Positions 55,281 through 64,000 of a stretch of DNA of 64,000 nucleotides are shown here, piece after piece. The notes beneath the pieces were generated by a model. It was not told the origin of the DNA, made no database searches, and worked only from the letters and a program-made list of their open reading frames with translations. The stretch comes from Bacilli bacterium (GTDB lineage: Bacteria > Bacillota_I > Bacilli_A > RFN20 > CAG-826), in the NCBI GenBank assembly GCA_024408335.1, contig JAKSVB010000002.1:4962-68961 (forward strand), read 5' to 3'. Position 1 is the first letter of the stretch. Every line of letters starts with the position of its first letter. Both the position numbers and the translations under genes were made by a program.

Positions 55281-56416
55281 AAAAGAAAGTACTCTTAGGA
55301 CTTAGCGGTGGCGTCGACAGCGCAATCGCTGCACATAAACTTCTCGAACAAGGTTATGAAGTAACCGGTGCTTTCATGCGTAACTGGGACGCCATAACCA
55401 ATAACGATATCCTTGGTAACCCAACATTAAACAATAATCAATGCCCACAAGAGGCAGATTACTGGGACGCTGTAGCGGTTGCCAAAAAGCTTGGCATTGA
55501 ACTCATTAGAATCGACTACGTCAAAGAATACTGGGACGAGGTTTTCGTCTACTTCCTTGATGAATACAAAAAAGGCAGAACCCCAAACCCAGACATCCTT
55601 TGCAACAGTGAAATCAAATTCGGTCCATTCTTAAAATACGCGATGGAAAATGGATATGACTATATCTCCATGGGTCACTACGCCAAAAAGGTTGAAAAAG
55701 ATGGTCATTACTACGTTTCTAAGCCTTTAGACAAAGCAAAAGACCAAACATATTTCTTGTGCGCTCTTGGAGAGGAGCAAATCGAAAAGTGCCTTTGGCC
55801 AATGGAAGACATCACCAAAGTCGAAGCAAGAGAGATCGCAACCAAATTAGGTCTTGATGAAGTCTCTTCAAAACATGGATCAACCGGCGTTTGCTTCATC
55901 GGTGAGCGTAACTTCAGAGAATTCTTAAAGAACTATTTCCCAGCTCAATCAGGTGACATCGTCGATATCGAAAACGGCAAAGTCCTTGGCAAGCATATCG
56001 GCGTTCTCTATTACACAATCGGCCAAAGAAAAGGCTTAGGTATCGGAGGCGTCAAAGGTGAACCTGATACCCCATGGTTCGTTGCTAAGAAAGATGTTCA
56101 AAAGAACATTCTTTATGTTGGCCGTGGAGCAGGGGATGAGCATCTAAATAGCGACGCTTGCGTCCTTTCTCATGTCAACTGGGTTGGCGAAAAGCCTCTT
56201 GGTGAACTTAAGGCTTTTGCAAAATTCAGATACCGCCAACAAGATAATCCAGTCACGGTCAAATTTGAAGGTGAAGCCATCCATTTGACATACGTTCCTG
56301 CCGTTAAGGCTGTTACTCCAGGCCAATGGGCTGCCATTTATAGCGAAGATGGCAGACTTTTAGGCGGTGGCATCATCGAAGAAACATATTACAAAGGCAA
56401 AAGACAAGACATCTAA
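55277..56416 (+). CDS. mnmA: tRNA-specific 2-thiouridylase
   Basis: PP-loop LLGLSGGVDSAIAA plus conserved Cys; 4-nt overlap with dtd. Confidence 0.85.
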   Translation: MKKKVLLGLSGGVDSAIAAHKLLEQGYEVTGAFMRNWDAITNNDILGNPTLNNNQCPQEADYWDAVAVAKKLGIELIRIDYVKEYWDEVFVYFLDEYKKGRTPNPDILCNSEIKFGPFLKYAMENGYDYISMGHYAKKVEKDGHYYVSKPLDKAKDQTYFLCALGEEQIEKCLWPMEDITKVEAREIATKLGLDEVSSKHGSTGVCFIGERNFREFLKNYFPAQSGDIVDIENGKVLGKHIGVLYYTIGQRKGLGIGGVKGEPDTPWFVAKKDVQKNILYVGRGAGDEHLNSDACVLSHVNWVGEKPLGELKAFAKFRYRQQDNPVTVKFEGEAIHLTYVPAVKAVTPGQWAAIYSEDGRLLGGGIIEETYYKGKRQDI

Positions 56417-56501
56417 TTGATGCATTTGCTACATTTTTATAAATAAATCTTTCATTTTTTCTCCAAAAAGATAACAATTAGTTATCTCAAGGAGATCGAC
56501 T

Positions 56502-57572
56502 ATGAAAAAGAATACATTTTTATTCTGTGCTTCCCTTTTAGCTGGATTAGCTTTAACCAGCTGTGGCGGAAACCCAGAACCAACACCAACACCTTCTGAA
56601 GCAGGACCAAAAGCACCTATCGTCTTTGTTATGTCCGGCCAATCAAACATGGAAGGCAACACCAACTTTGGAACAAACGGCGCTTACTTAACCAAGGCTT
56701 TTGAAGATCTTGGCATCACAGATGGTGAAACCTGTTTAACAGGTATCGATTCAGTCTTAACCAGCTACTACGGTAATGGTTATGGCGAACTCGACCGCAA
56801 CAACTACAACAGAACCGACGTTCACGCTTCAAACACCGAAGATAAGATCAAAGGCAAATTCTTTGCAACCAAGATTGGCATGGGCCACACCGACTCAATG
56901 ATGGGTCCAGAACTTGGCTGTGCTTATGTCTTAAAAGAGCATGCAACAGCAGAAGAACCAATCTACCTCGTCAAGATGGCTTCATCAGGCAGCGGCTTTG
57001 CTCAATCAGGCTCAAGTGCAGAAGGCAAGAACTGGGAAGTCAAAACAGCTGATGGCACACCGGTCGAACACAACTTATACGTCGACTTCTTAAAGCCATT
57101 CTTAAAGAACAACCTTGACTTAATCGAAGAGGAAACCGGTATTAAACCAGTCGTCAAAGGTTGGTTATGGCACCAAGGCGAAAGCGATGGTGGTGAAGAA
57201 GCTAAGAGAAACGCTTACGCTCGTAGATTATCAGACATGATCGGCGCATTCAGAACTGACTTCGCAGAATACGCAAAAGATGAAGATGGTTCAAACATCG
57301 CCTTCATTGACGGCATGACATTCGAAGGTGGCACAATGCTTGCAGGCGCAGCTGACGCTAAAAAGCTTAACGAAATCAAAGCAGCAGCAGCTGATGAAAA
57401 CGATAACAGATACATCGTTGACACATACGCTAACGAAGAGCACACCGATGCTAACTTATTAAAGGTTTCAGGCGAAGGCTCAACCCAAGGCGTTCACTAT
57501 AACACCAAAGATGAGTTCAGGCTCGGCATGGCTTATGGCAGACTCATCGTTGAAAAAGGCCTTTTAGACTAA
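56502..57572 (+). CDS. Lipoprotein with SASA/DUF303 (sialate-O-acetylesterase-like, SGNH-type) domain
   Basis: Signal peptide plus lipobox LTSCGG; VMSGQSNMEGN is the SASA-domain hallmark (GQSNM). Confidence 0.65.
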   Translation: MKKNTFLFCASLLAGLALTSCGGNPEPTPTPSEAGPKAPIVFVMSGQSNMEGNTNFGTNGAYLTKAFEDLGITDGETCLTGIDSVLTSYYGNGYGELDRNNYNRTDVHASNTEDKIKGKFFATKIGMGHTDSMMGPELGCAYVLKEHATAEEPIYLVKMASSGSGFAQSGSSAEGKNWEVKTADGTPVEHNLYVDFLKPFLKNNLDLIEEETGIKPVVKGWLWHQGESDGGEEAKRNAYARRLSDMIGAFRTDFAEYAKDEDGSNIAFIDGMTFEGGTMLAGAADAKKLNEIKAAAADENDNRYIVDTYANEEHTDANLLKVSGEGSTQGVHYNTKDEFRLGMAYGRLIVEKGLLD

Positions 57573-57639
57573 TAAAACGGTAATGGTTAAAGTACTCTAA
57601 ATCCTAGGGTACTTTTTCTTTTGCCTTTTCTAAAAGAAA

Positions 57640-57870
57640 AACTAGCAAATGGAGCAAAGAGAACTATAATATTCGTAGTAGGATAAACTAAGTTCTCTTA
57701 TAGAGAGGGCCTCATGATGGAAAAGCCTAGAGAACGCGCCACTTATCCGGTTAATCGTGAGTAATGTCACCGTGCTTCGCGTTAAGAAGAAAATTGAGAG
57801 CACCCATGTGAAGAAGGATGGTACCGCGCTGATGCGTTCCTTCGATTGAGGGTGTTTTATTTTGTTTAGG
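57640..57870 (+). ncRNA. T-box leader riboswitch upstream of alaS
   Basis: AAGGAUGGUACCGCG at 57814-57828 matches the T-box consensus (AANNNGGGUGGNACCGCG) at 12 of 13 core positions. Upstream AGAGA/AGUAAUG-type stem-I elements are present. Position is immediately 5' of an aminoacyl-tRNA synthetase gene. Confidence 0.6.
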
Positions 57871-57881
57871 AGGTTTTAATC

Positions 57882-60485
57882 ATGAAACCATTAACAGGTC
57901 AAGAGATCCGTACTAGATGGATCAAATTCTTTGAAAGCAAAGGCCACAAAAATTTCCCTAGCGTTTCACTTGTCCCACAAGGAGACAAATCCCTTCTCTG
58001 GGTCAACGCAGGCGTCACTGGCTTAAAGAAATACTTTGATGGAAGCGAAATCCCATCAAACCGCAGAATCACAAACGTTCAGAAATGTATCCGTACAAAC
58101 GATATTGAGAACGTCGGTCACACCGCTCGTCACCACACATTCTTCGAGATGCTTGGTAACTTCTCAATCGGCGATTATTTCCGTGACGAAGTCATTCCGT
58201 GGGCATATGAGCTCTTAACTTCAGAAGAAGTGGGTTTTGGTTTCCCAAAAGAAAAGCTCTACATCACCTATAACCCAATGGATACCGCTTCACGCGACCT
58301 TTGGATCAAACAAGGAATGCTTGCAGATCACATGATCCCTCTTGAAGGCAACTTTTGGCAAATCGGCGAAGGCCCACGTGGACCAGATACCGAAATGTTC
58401 TTCGACCGAGGTGATGAATACGATCCAGAACACAAAGGAATCGACCTCCTTAAGAACGACGAAGAAAATGACAGATACATCGAAATCTGGAACATCGTTT
58501 TCAGTCAATTTAACGCAGTTAACGGAGTCGAAAGAAAAGACTATAAGGAACTCCCAAGCAAGAATATCGATACCGGTGCAGGCTTAGAGAGATTCGCTTG
58601 CATTTGCCAAGGCACAAAGACCAACTTCGAAACAGATCTCTTCATGCCAATCATTGAAGAAGTCTCTAGACTTAGCGGCAAGAAATACGAAGAACCAAAC
58701 CTCATGAGCTTCCGCGTTATCGCTGCCCACTCACGTTGCTTAACCTTCGCTCTTAGCGATGGCGCTATGTTCTCTAACGAAGGTAGAGGCTACGTCCTTC
58801 GCCGTATCATCCGCCGTGCTATGAGACATGGTCAAAAGCTCGGCATCACCGAACCTTTCATGCATAACATGGTTGATATCGTCGTTGAAAAATACAAAGA
58901 TTTCTATCCTTACATCGCTGAGAAGAAAGATACAGTTAAGAAGATGATTCTTGGAGAAGAAGTCAAATTCTTAAAGACTCTCCAATCAGGCGAAGCTCAA
59001 CTTAAGAAGATGGTTCAAGGCAAATCAGAACTTTCAAGCGAAGACGCATTCCTTCTTGCTGATACATTTGGTTTCCCAGTTGATTTAACAAGCGAAATCG
59101 CTGAAGAAATGGGTGTCAAAGTCAATCTCGAAGGCTTTGAAAAACTCATGGAAGAACAACGTCAAAGAGCACGTGCTGCTCGTGGCGAAATCGAGTCATT
59201 CAAAAAGCAATCAAAAGACCTTATGGCCTTCAAAGAAGAAAGCACTTTCCATTACGATTTAGAAGAAGTCACCACCAAAGTTTTAGGTGTCTTCAAAGAC
59301 GGCGAAAAGAAAGACGTCATTGATGAAGAAGGTGAAGCAATCTTTGCTGATACTGCCTTCTATGCAGAAATGGGTGGCCAAGTTAGCGATACCGGTTACA
59401 TCTATGCTGATGGCTTCGAAGGCGAAATCACCTCAGTCTCAAAGGCTCCTAATGGTCAACATCTCCATGAAGTCAGCGTCAAATATGGCTCACTTAAAGC
59501 AGGGGATGAAGTCAAAATCGTCATCAATAAAGAAAGACGTCACCTCATCGAAAGAAACCACAGTGCTACCCACATCCTTCACGCAGCTCTTGCCAAAGTC
59601 CTTGGTGAGCACGTTGATCAAAAGGGTTCATTTGTTAACGAAGAATATCTCCGTTTCGACTACACCGCTCCAAAGAAGATGAGCGAAGCTGACCTTTTAG
59701 CTCTTGAAAAAGAAGTTAATGCCAAAATCGAAGAAGCGATCGAAGAAGTAACCGAAGTCCTTCCAATCGAAGAGGCAAAGAAGATCGGCGCAGAAATGGA
59801 ATTCAGCGAGAAATATGGCGAAACAGTCCGTGTCGTCGAATTTGGCGAATACTCAAAAGAATTCTGTGGTGGCACCCACGTCAAGAACACAAGCGAAATC
59901 GGCCTCTTCTTACTTAAAAGTGATGAAGCAGTTTCTGCTGGCGTCCGCCGTATCGAAGGCTTAACAAGCATCGGCGCTTATGAGTACGTCAATAACAGGC
60001 TCATGGTCTTAAATGAAAATGAAAGACTTCTTGGCGCTAACGACTTAGACTTCGCTAGACACATCAAATCAGTGATGGCAGACAAAGAAGCCTTAAGAAA
60101 AGAAAACGAACAACTTAAAGCAAAGATCGCTGCTCTTGAAGCAAAAGATCTTGAGAAGGATATCGATACAGTTAATGGCATAGCCATTATCAAACTTGTC
60201 AAAGAAGACGCTAACCGCGATGACCTTCTTACTCTTGCCGATACCCTTAAAGCCAACAAAGCTGACTACCTCGTCATGCTTCTTGGAGGTAAGGAAGGCG
60301 CTAGACCACTCGTTGTCATGGTTGGCGGAGCAGCTAAAGCCAAAGTCAAAGCAGGAGACCTCGTCAAAGAAGCCGCTAAGCGTTTAGGCGGTGGTGGCGG
60401 AGGCCGTCCAGAAATGGCAACTGGCCAAGTCAAAACATCTAACGGATTTAACGAAGTCGTCGAATCCGTTAAGGAGATGCTTTAA
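57882..60485 (+). CDS. alaS: Alanine--tRNA ligase
   Basis: 867 aa; class II motifs; editing domain HSATHILHAAL; C-terminal DHHA1 GGGGGRPEMA. Confidence 0.95.
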   Translation: MKPLTGQEIRTRWIKFFESKGHKNFPSVSLVPQGDKSLLWVNAGVTGLKKYFDGSEIPSNRRITNVQKCIRTNDIENVGHTARHHTFFEMLGNFSIGDYFRDEVIPWAYELLTSEEVGFGFPKEKLYITYNPMDTASRDLWIKQGMLADHMIPLEGNFWQIGEGPRGPDTEMFFDRGDEYDPEHKGIDLLKNDEENDRYIEIWNIVFSQFNAVNGVERKDYKELPSKNIDTGAGLERFACICQGTKTNFETDLFMPIIEEVSRLSGKKYEEPNLMSFRVIAAHSRCLTFALSDGAMFSNEGRGYVLRRIIRRAMRHGQKLGITEPFMHNMVDIVVEKYKDFYPYIAEKKDTVKKMILGEEVKFLKTLQSGEAQLKKMVQGKSELSSEDAFLLADTFGFPVDLTSEIAEEMGVKVNLEGFEKLMEEQRQRARAARGEIESFKKQSKDLMAFKEESTFHYDLEEVTTKVLGVFKDGEKKDVIDEEGEAIFADTAFYAEMGGQVSDTGYIYADGFEGEITSVSKAPNGQHLHEVSVKYGSLKAGDEVKIVINKERRHLIERNHSATHILHAALAKVLGEHVDQKGSFVNEEYLRFDYTAPKKMSEADLLALEKEVNAKIEEAIEEVTEVLPIEEAKKIGAEMEFSEKYGETVRVVEFGEYSKEFCGGTHVKNTSEIGLFLLKSDEAVSAGVRRIEGLTSIGAYEYVNNRLMVLNENERLLGANDLDFARHIKSVMADKEALRKENEQLKAKIAALEAKDLEKDIDTVNGIAIIKLVKEDANRDDLLTLADTLKANKADYLVMLLGGKEGARPLVVMVGGAAKAKVKAGDLVKEAAKRLGGGGGGRPEMATGQVKTSNGFNEVVESVKEML

Positions 60486-60919
60486 TGATGAAACGTGTGA
60501 TGGGTCTTGACCTAGGAAGCAGAACTTGCGGCATTGCAGTTAGCGACGCACTAGGCATCGCCCATGGACGTGAGAATTACCGCTTTCTCGATGGCGCTTA
60601 TAAGCAAGTCCTTGCCTACATCAGCGAATACCTCAAGAAAGAAGACATTCACGTCGTAGCCCTTGGATACCCTCTCAACATGGACGGTTCTAAAGGCGAA
60701 AGCGCAATTAGAAGCGAAAGATTCAAAGAATCGCTTCTTACAGTTGATCCTAGTTTAAAAATCTTCCTCGTTGACGAAAGACTTACAACAGTCATGGCTA
60801 ATCGCTCAATGCTAGAAGCCGATATCTCAAGAGGAAAGAGACACAAAGTCATCGACCAACAAAGCGCAGTAATCATTCTCGAAAGCTTCTTAGCATCACC
60901 AGAAGCAAAGAACCTTTAA
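60485..60919 (+). CDS. ruvX: Putative pre-16S rRNA nuclease / Holliday junction resolvase-like YqgF (RuvX)
   Basis: N-terminal VMGLDLGSRTCGIAVSD; 144 aa; conserved position after alaS. Confidence 0.85.
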   Translation: MMKRVMGLDLGSRTCGIAVSDALGIAHGRENYRFLDGAYKQVLAYISEYLKKEDIHVVALGYPLNMDGSKGESAIRSERFKESLLTVDPSLKIFLVDERLTTVMANRSMLEADISRGKRHKVIDQQSAVIILESFLASPEAKNL

Positions 60920-60931
60920 AGGAGGCTAACA

Positions 60932-61195
60932 ATGTTAGAAATTTTAGATAACACCGTCGTTATTACCAAAGATGATGGTAGCGAAGATCTTTGGAAAATC
61001 TATTTCTACTACCATAACCCTGATCGTAACAAAGACTTCTTCTTCCTTTTCAAAGAAGAGGACCCAGATAGTCTTATCGTAATGAGTAGCAGCGACCACG
61101 AAACCCTTGAAGATGTCAGTGAAGAAGAGCTCAAGGAAGCGGAAGAAATGCTCAATACTTACGAAGAAGATCCTGATATTCAGGCGATTAAGTAG
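60932..61195 (+). CDS. DUF1292 family protein (YrzB-like)
   Basis: 87 aa, acidic; conserved synteny alaS-yqgF-DUF1292 in Firmicutes. Confidence 0.6.
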   Translation: MLEILDNTVVITKDDGSEDLWKIYFYYHNPDRNKDFFFLFKEEDPDSLIVMSSSDHETLEDVSEEELKEAEEMLNTYEEDPDIQAIK

Positions 61196-61257
61196 AAGAA
61201 ACTTGTTTCTTAACTCCCTTACACATATAATCTAAGGGCGAATTTTGGAGGATTACC

Positions 61258-61743
61258 ATGGCAGAAAAAGTAATTGAAATGACCCAAGAAGGTCTTGAGA
61301 AGCTTAGAAAAGAACTTGATAAGTTAGTTCACGTCGACCGCGAAGAGGTCATCGAAGCCTTAAAAATGGCTCGTTCACAAGGTGACTTAAGTGAAAACGC
61401 AGACTACGATGCCGCTCGTAACAGACAAGCAGAAATCGAAGCTAGAATTTCCGAAATCGAACACATTCTTGATATTGCCGTCGTCAAAGAAACAAAAGGC
61501 AGAAGCAAGAAAATTAACATTGGTTACATCGTTGAATACAAGGAAGTCGCAACTGGCGAAACCAACTCAATCAAAATCGTTGGTACAGTTGAAGCTGACC
61601 CAACAGCAGAACCAATGCCTCTTATCTCCAACTTAAGCGCATTAGGCGCAGCAGTTATTGGCCACGAACCAGGCGAAACCGTTATGGTCGAAAGCATGAA
61701 ACCATACGAAATCGAAATCCTTTCAGCCAAGAACGATAAGTAA
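61258..61743 (+). CDS. greA: Transcription elongation factor GreA
   Basis: N-terminal coiled-coil with SENADYDAAR motif; 161 aa. Confidence 0.9.
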   Translation: MAEKVIEMTQEGLEKLRKELDKLVHVDREEVIEALKMARSQGDLSENADYDAARNRQAEIEARISEIEHILDIAVVKETKGRSKKINIGYIVEYKEVATGETNSIKIVGTVEADPTAEPMPLISNLSALGAAVIGHEPGETVMVESMKPYEIEILSAKNDK

Positions 61744-61761
61744 TCTAATTCGATTTTCATT

Positions 61762-61791
61762 AAGCACAGTCTAAAAGATTGTGCTTTTTTC
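61762..61791 (+). terminator. Rho-independent terminator of greA
   Basis: Hairpin aagcaca-(loop)-tgtgctt followed by tttttt. Confidence 0.6.
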
Positions 61792-61867
61792 ATTATTTAT
61801 ATGAATTTTGATGATTTTTGAAAAAATTTGGGATTTCGCCTCTATATGGTAGTGAGGAGGAAACAAA

Positions 61868-62416
61868 ATGTTCAAAACCATCATCATTGTTCTAGCCGTG
61901 ACCTTAGGCGCACTAATCGTCATGGCGACTGTCGACAAAATCACGACCGATATCACGAAAGAAGACGATAAGAATGTCTCGCTCTCTCTTTCCAAACAAT
62001 CAGGCGTGGAAATCACTATCTCTGGAGAGGTGCAGATTCCTGGGACGTATCTCGTTCCTTTAAACTCAACCTTAAACGATGCGCTTAATGCGGCAGGAGG
62101 AGTCAAAGGTAACGCTGACCCTAAAGCCTATAACGTGTCCTTTGTTCTTGATAAGGATTATGCCTTCTATATCGCGCCTCTATTTGATGTCGAGGATGTC
62201 TGCAATAGCGAACCTATTAGCAAAGCCTGCATCAATAGCGATGACAAGACAACGATCGTCGCTAGAACCTCTCTTAGCGACGCTCAAGCGCAAAGCATCG
62301 TCGAATATCGACAAGCCAATGGCGCCTTTAAGCGCATTGAGGATATTCAACTTGTAAGCGGTATTGGCAAAGCCACATGGGAAAAAGCGAAAAAGTACAT
62401 AACCTTGTCCAAATAA
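61868..62416 (+). CDS. comEA: Competence protein ComEA (SLBB plus helix-hairpin-helix DNA-binding domain)
   Basis: N-terminal TM anchor; C-terminal SDAQAQSIVEYRQANGAFKRIEDIQLVSGIGKATWEK is a tandem HhH motif. Confidence 0.8.
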   Translation: MFKTIIIVLAVTLGALIVMATVDKITTDITKEDDKNVSLSLSKQSGVEITISGEVQIPGTYLVPLNSTLNDALNAAGGVKGNADPKAYNVSFVLDKDYAFYIAPLFDVEDVCNSEPISKACINSDDKTTIVARTSLSDAQAQSIVEYRQANGAFKRIEDIQLVSGIGKATWEKAKKYITLSK

Positions 62417-64000
62417 TCGCCAAACCCTATGTAGCTTTTCTAATACTTCTTGGCCTCTTGCTTGGTTTCAATACCGGGTTTTATCTCTTTTCGTTTGTAG
62501 TCATATGTCCAATATTGGTGTTACTCTTATTCATTTTCAAAATCAAGAAAAGGGGCCAAGAAGCAATTCTCGCTTTCTTTTTGGCGTTTACGATTGGGTT
62601 AGCGCTAGGAATTCCGAAAACAAAAGCAAGGAGTGATTATGGCTCGTACCAAGGGATCGTTATTGAAAATCGTCAAAACTACTTTCTATTTGATAGCGGG
62701 TTTCATCGCTATTACGTTTACGAAAGGGGGTGTGAAAGGGAAGAAGGGGACTATCTAGAGATTAAAGGAAAGGCTTCTCCTTTGAAACTCACTAGCTATG
62801 AAGGCTATTTCTCGTTTAAGGATTATCTACTTAAGAAAGGGGTGGATTCAGAGATTAAAGCTTCTAGCATCGAAGTCAAATTCGAGAGGCCTTTAAGGCT
62901 TGCCTCCATTGAAAACGCCTTCATCAATAGATTTGATGACCCAATAACTCAAGGTTTACTCTCTTCCCTCCTTTTTAATAATAAGGATTATTCGAACGAG
63001 GCGATTCTTTTGGCCTCAAGCATGAACGCCCTAAATTTTCTTAGCACGTCAGGCTTGCTTTTAGGAGCCATACTCCACTTTCTTGATTGGCTCTTTGCCC
63101 TTAAATACGATGAGAAAAAGACCGCTACAATAGTTTTTGCTTTGTCGCTATTTCTTTTTCCTTTTGGAATCAGGAAAGTAGGGTACTGGAGAGTAATCAT
63201 ATACAGATTTATATCTATGATATGCATCCACAAAAACAAAGAGATTGATCCTCTTACCAAAGTCTCACTAGTTGGCTCTCTTTTGTTTTTGATTAATCCA
63301 TATAACGCCTTAAATAGCGGTTACCTCATCGGCTTTGGACTATCTATATTCATGCAGATAACCTCATCTCATAGAAGCAGGTTCGAAAGAAATGAAAAGA
63401 AGGCCATCGATTATCTTTATTTGATGCTCTTCCTTTGGCCACTATTCGTTAAAAGGAATGCCTTCCATCCATTATCGCCTATCTATTCGTTTATCATGAT
63501 GCCTCTCATCCTTCCTTTTGCGATGCTAGGGTACGCAAGCTTTGCTTCGCTTCCTTTCGTAAGCGTTCTTAAACTCTATTCATCCTTCTTGCTATGGGTT
63601 CTAAGGCTTCTTAGTAGCCTCGATTACGCTTTACCTATAGGAGAGTTCAATGATTTAGTGCTCTTTATCTATTATTATTCCCTAGCCCTCTTTTTCTCGC
63701 TTAGAGATATTGGATTGACAGCTCATTCAAACGTCATATCGATTCTTGGAATCATCACTCTTGCATTAAGAATCAATCCTCTTCTGAACATAGGACTAGA
63801 CCAAGTCGTGTTCCTTAATGTTGGACAAGGGGACTGCATATTCATACGAAACAATACGAAAACCGTGATGATCGATACGGGTGGTAACACCTCGTTTGAT
63901 ATCGCCAAAGAAGTTCTTATTCCTTTCTTTAGAAAGGAGAGAGTTTCAAAACTTGATTATTTGATCATAAGTCACGATGATACTGACCATTCTGGAGGGG
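62377..64000 (+). CDS. comEC: DNA internalization competence protein ComEC/Rec2 (partial, runs off the window end)
   Basis: Open frame with no stop from the first ATG (62377, overlapping the comEA 3' end) to the window end. Multiple TM segments, and near the window end DQVVFLNVGQGDCIFIRNNTKTVMIDTGG...LIISHDDTDHSGG, the ComEC metallo-beta-lactamase domain start. Absent from the ORF track because no stop lies in the window. Confidence 0.75.
   Translation, partial: MGKSEKVHNLVQIIAKPYVAFLILLGLLLGFNTGFYLFSFVVICPILVLLLFIFKIKKRGQEAILAFFLAFTIGLALGIPKTKARSDYGSYQGIVIENRQNYFLFDSGFHRYYVYERGCEREEGDYLEIKGKASPLKLTSYEGYFSFKDYLLKKGVDSEIKASSIEVKFERPLRLASIENAFINRFDDPITQGLLSSLLFNNKDYSNEAILLASSMNALNFLSTSGLLLGAILHFLDWLFALKYDEKKTATIVFALSLFLFPFGIRKVGYWRVIIYRFISMICIHKNKEIDPLTKVSLVGSLLFLINPYNALNSGYLIGFGLSIFMQITSSHRSRFERNEKKAIDYLYLMLFLWPLFVKRNAFHPLSPIYSFIMMPLILPFAMLGYASFASLPFVSVLKLYSSFLLWVLRLLSSLDYALPIGEFNDLVLFIYYYSLALFFSLRDIGLTAHSNVISILGIITLALRINPLLNIGLDQVVFLNVGQGDCIFIRNNTKTVMIDTGGNTSFDIAKEVLIPFFRKERVSKLDYLIISHDDTDHSGG

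Noticed and set aside
61196-61257. Small hairpin agaaac-tt-gtttct after the DUF1292 gene as a terminator
   Set aside because: The loop is too short (2 nt) and there is no downstream T-tract. greA likely has its own promoter here, but the hairpin is not convincing as a terminator.

Overview
The window reads as a chromosomal segment from a low-GC (about 40-43% GC) Gram-positive bacterium with Firmicutes/Erysipelotrichia-like gene order, standard genetic code and many SCG/ACG-lipobox lipoproteins. Conserved core genes include truB-ribF-mtnN, suhB-like, bipA/typA, hpt, pnp plus rpsO, rnj-ftsK-acpS-pulA, plsC, dtd-mnmA, a T-box-regulated alaS followed by ruvX(yqgF) and a DUF1292 gene, greA and comEA-comEC. 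Interspersed among them are accessory-looking blocks:

- an RHH/MazF-type toxin-antitoxin pair;
- a 1364-aa repeat-rich surface lipoprotein;
- a five-gene MoxR / DUF58 / BatA-like / double-VWA operon led by a membrane-anchored, largely disordered G/S/Q-rich protein;
- an orphan Wzz-BY-kinase (degenerate P-loop) plus CpsB-type phosphatase pair, sitting next to two paralogous ~550-aa lipoproteins;
- a GlpA-like / pyridine-nucleotide-disulfide-oxidoreductase / DUF1667 trio;
- a TetR-controlled alpha-galactoside operon (GPH transporter, clan-D alpha-galactosidase, a GT28/MGDG-synthase-like glycosyltransferase and galactokinase) with a perfect palindromic operator.

No rRNA, tRNA, CRISPR array, transposase or integrase was recognised. 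All calls rest on motif-level reading of the supplied translations and on hairpin/T-tract inspection; no database search was possible. Coordinates that differ from the ORF track have a manually re-chosen start codon.
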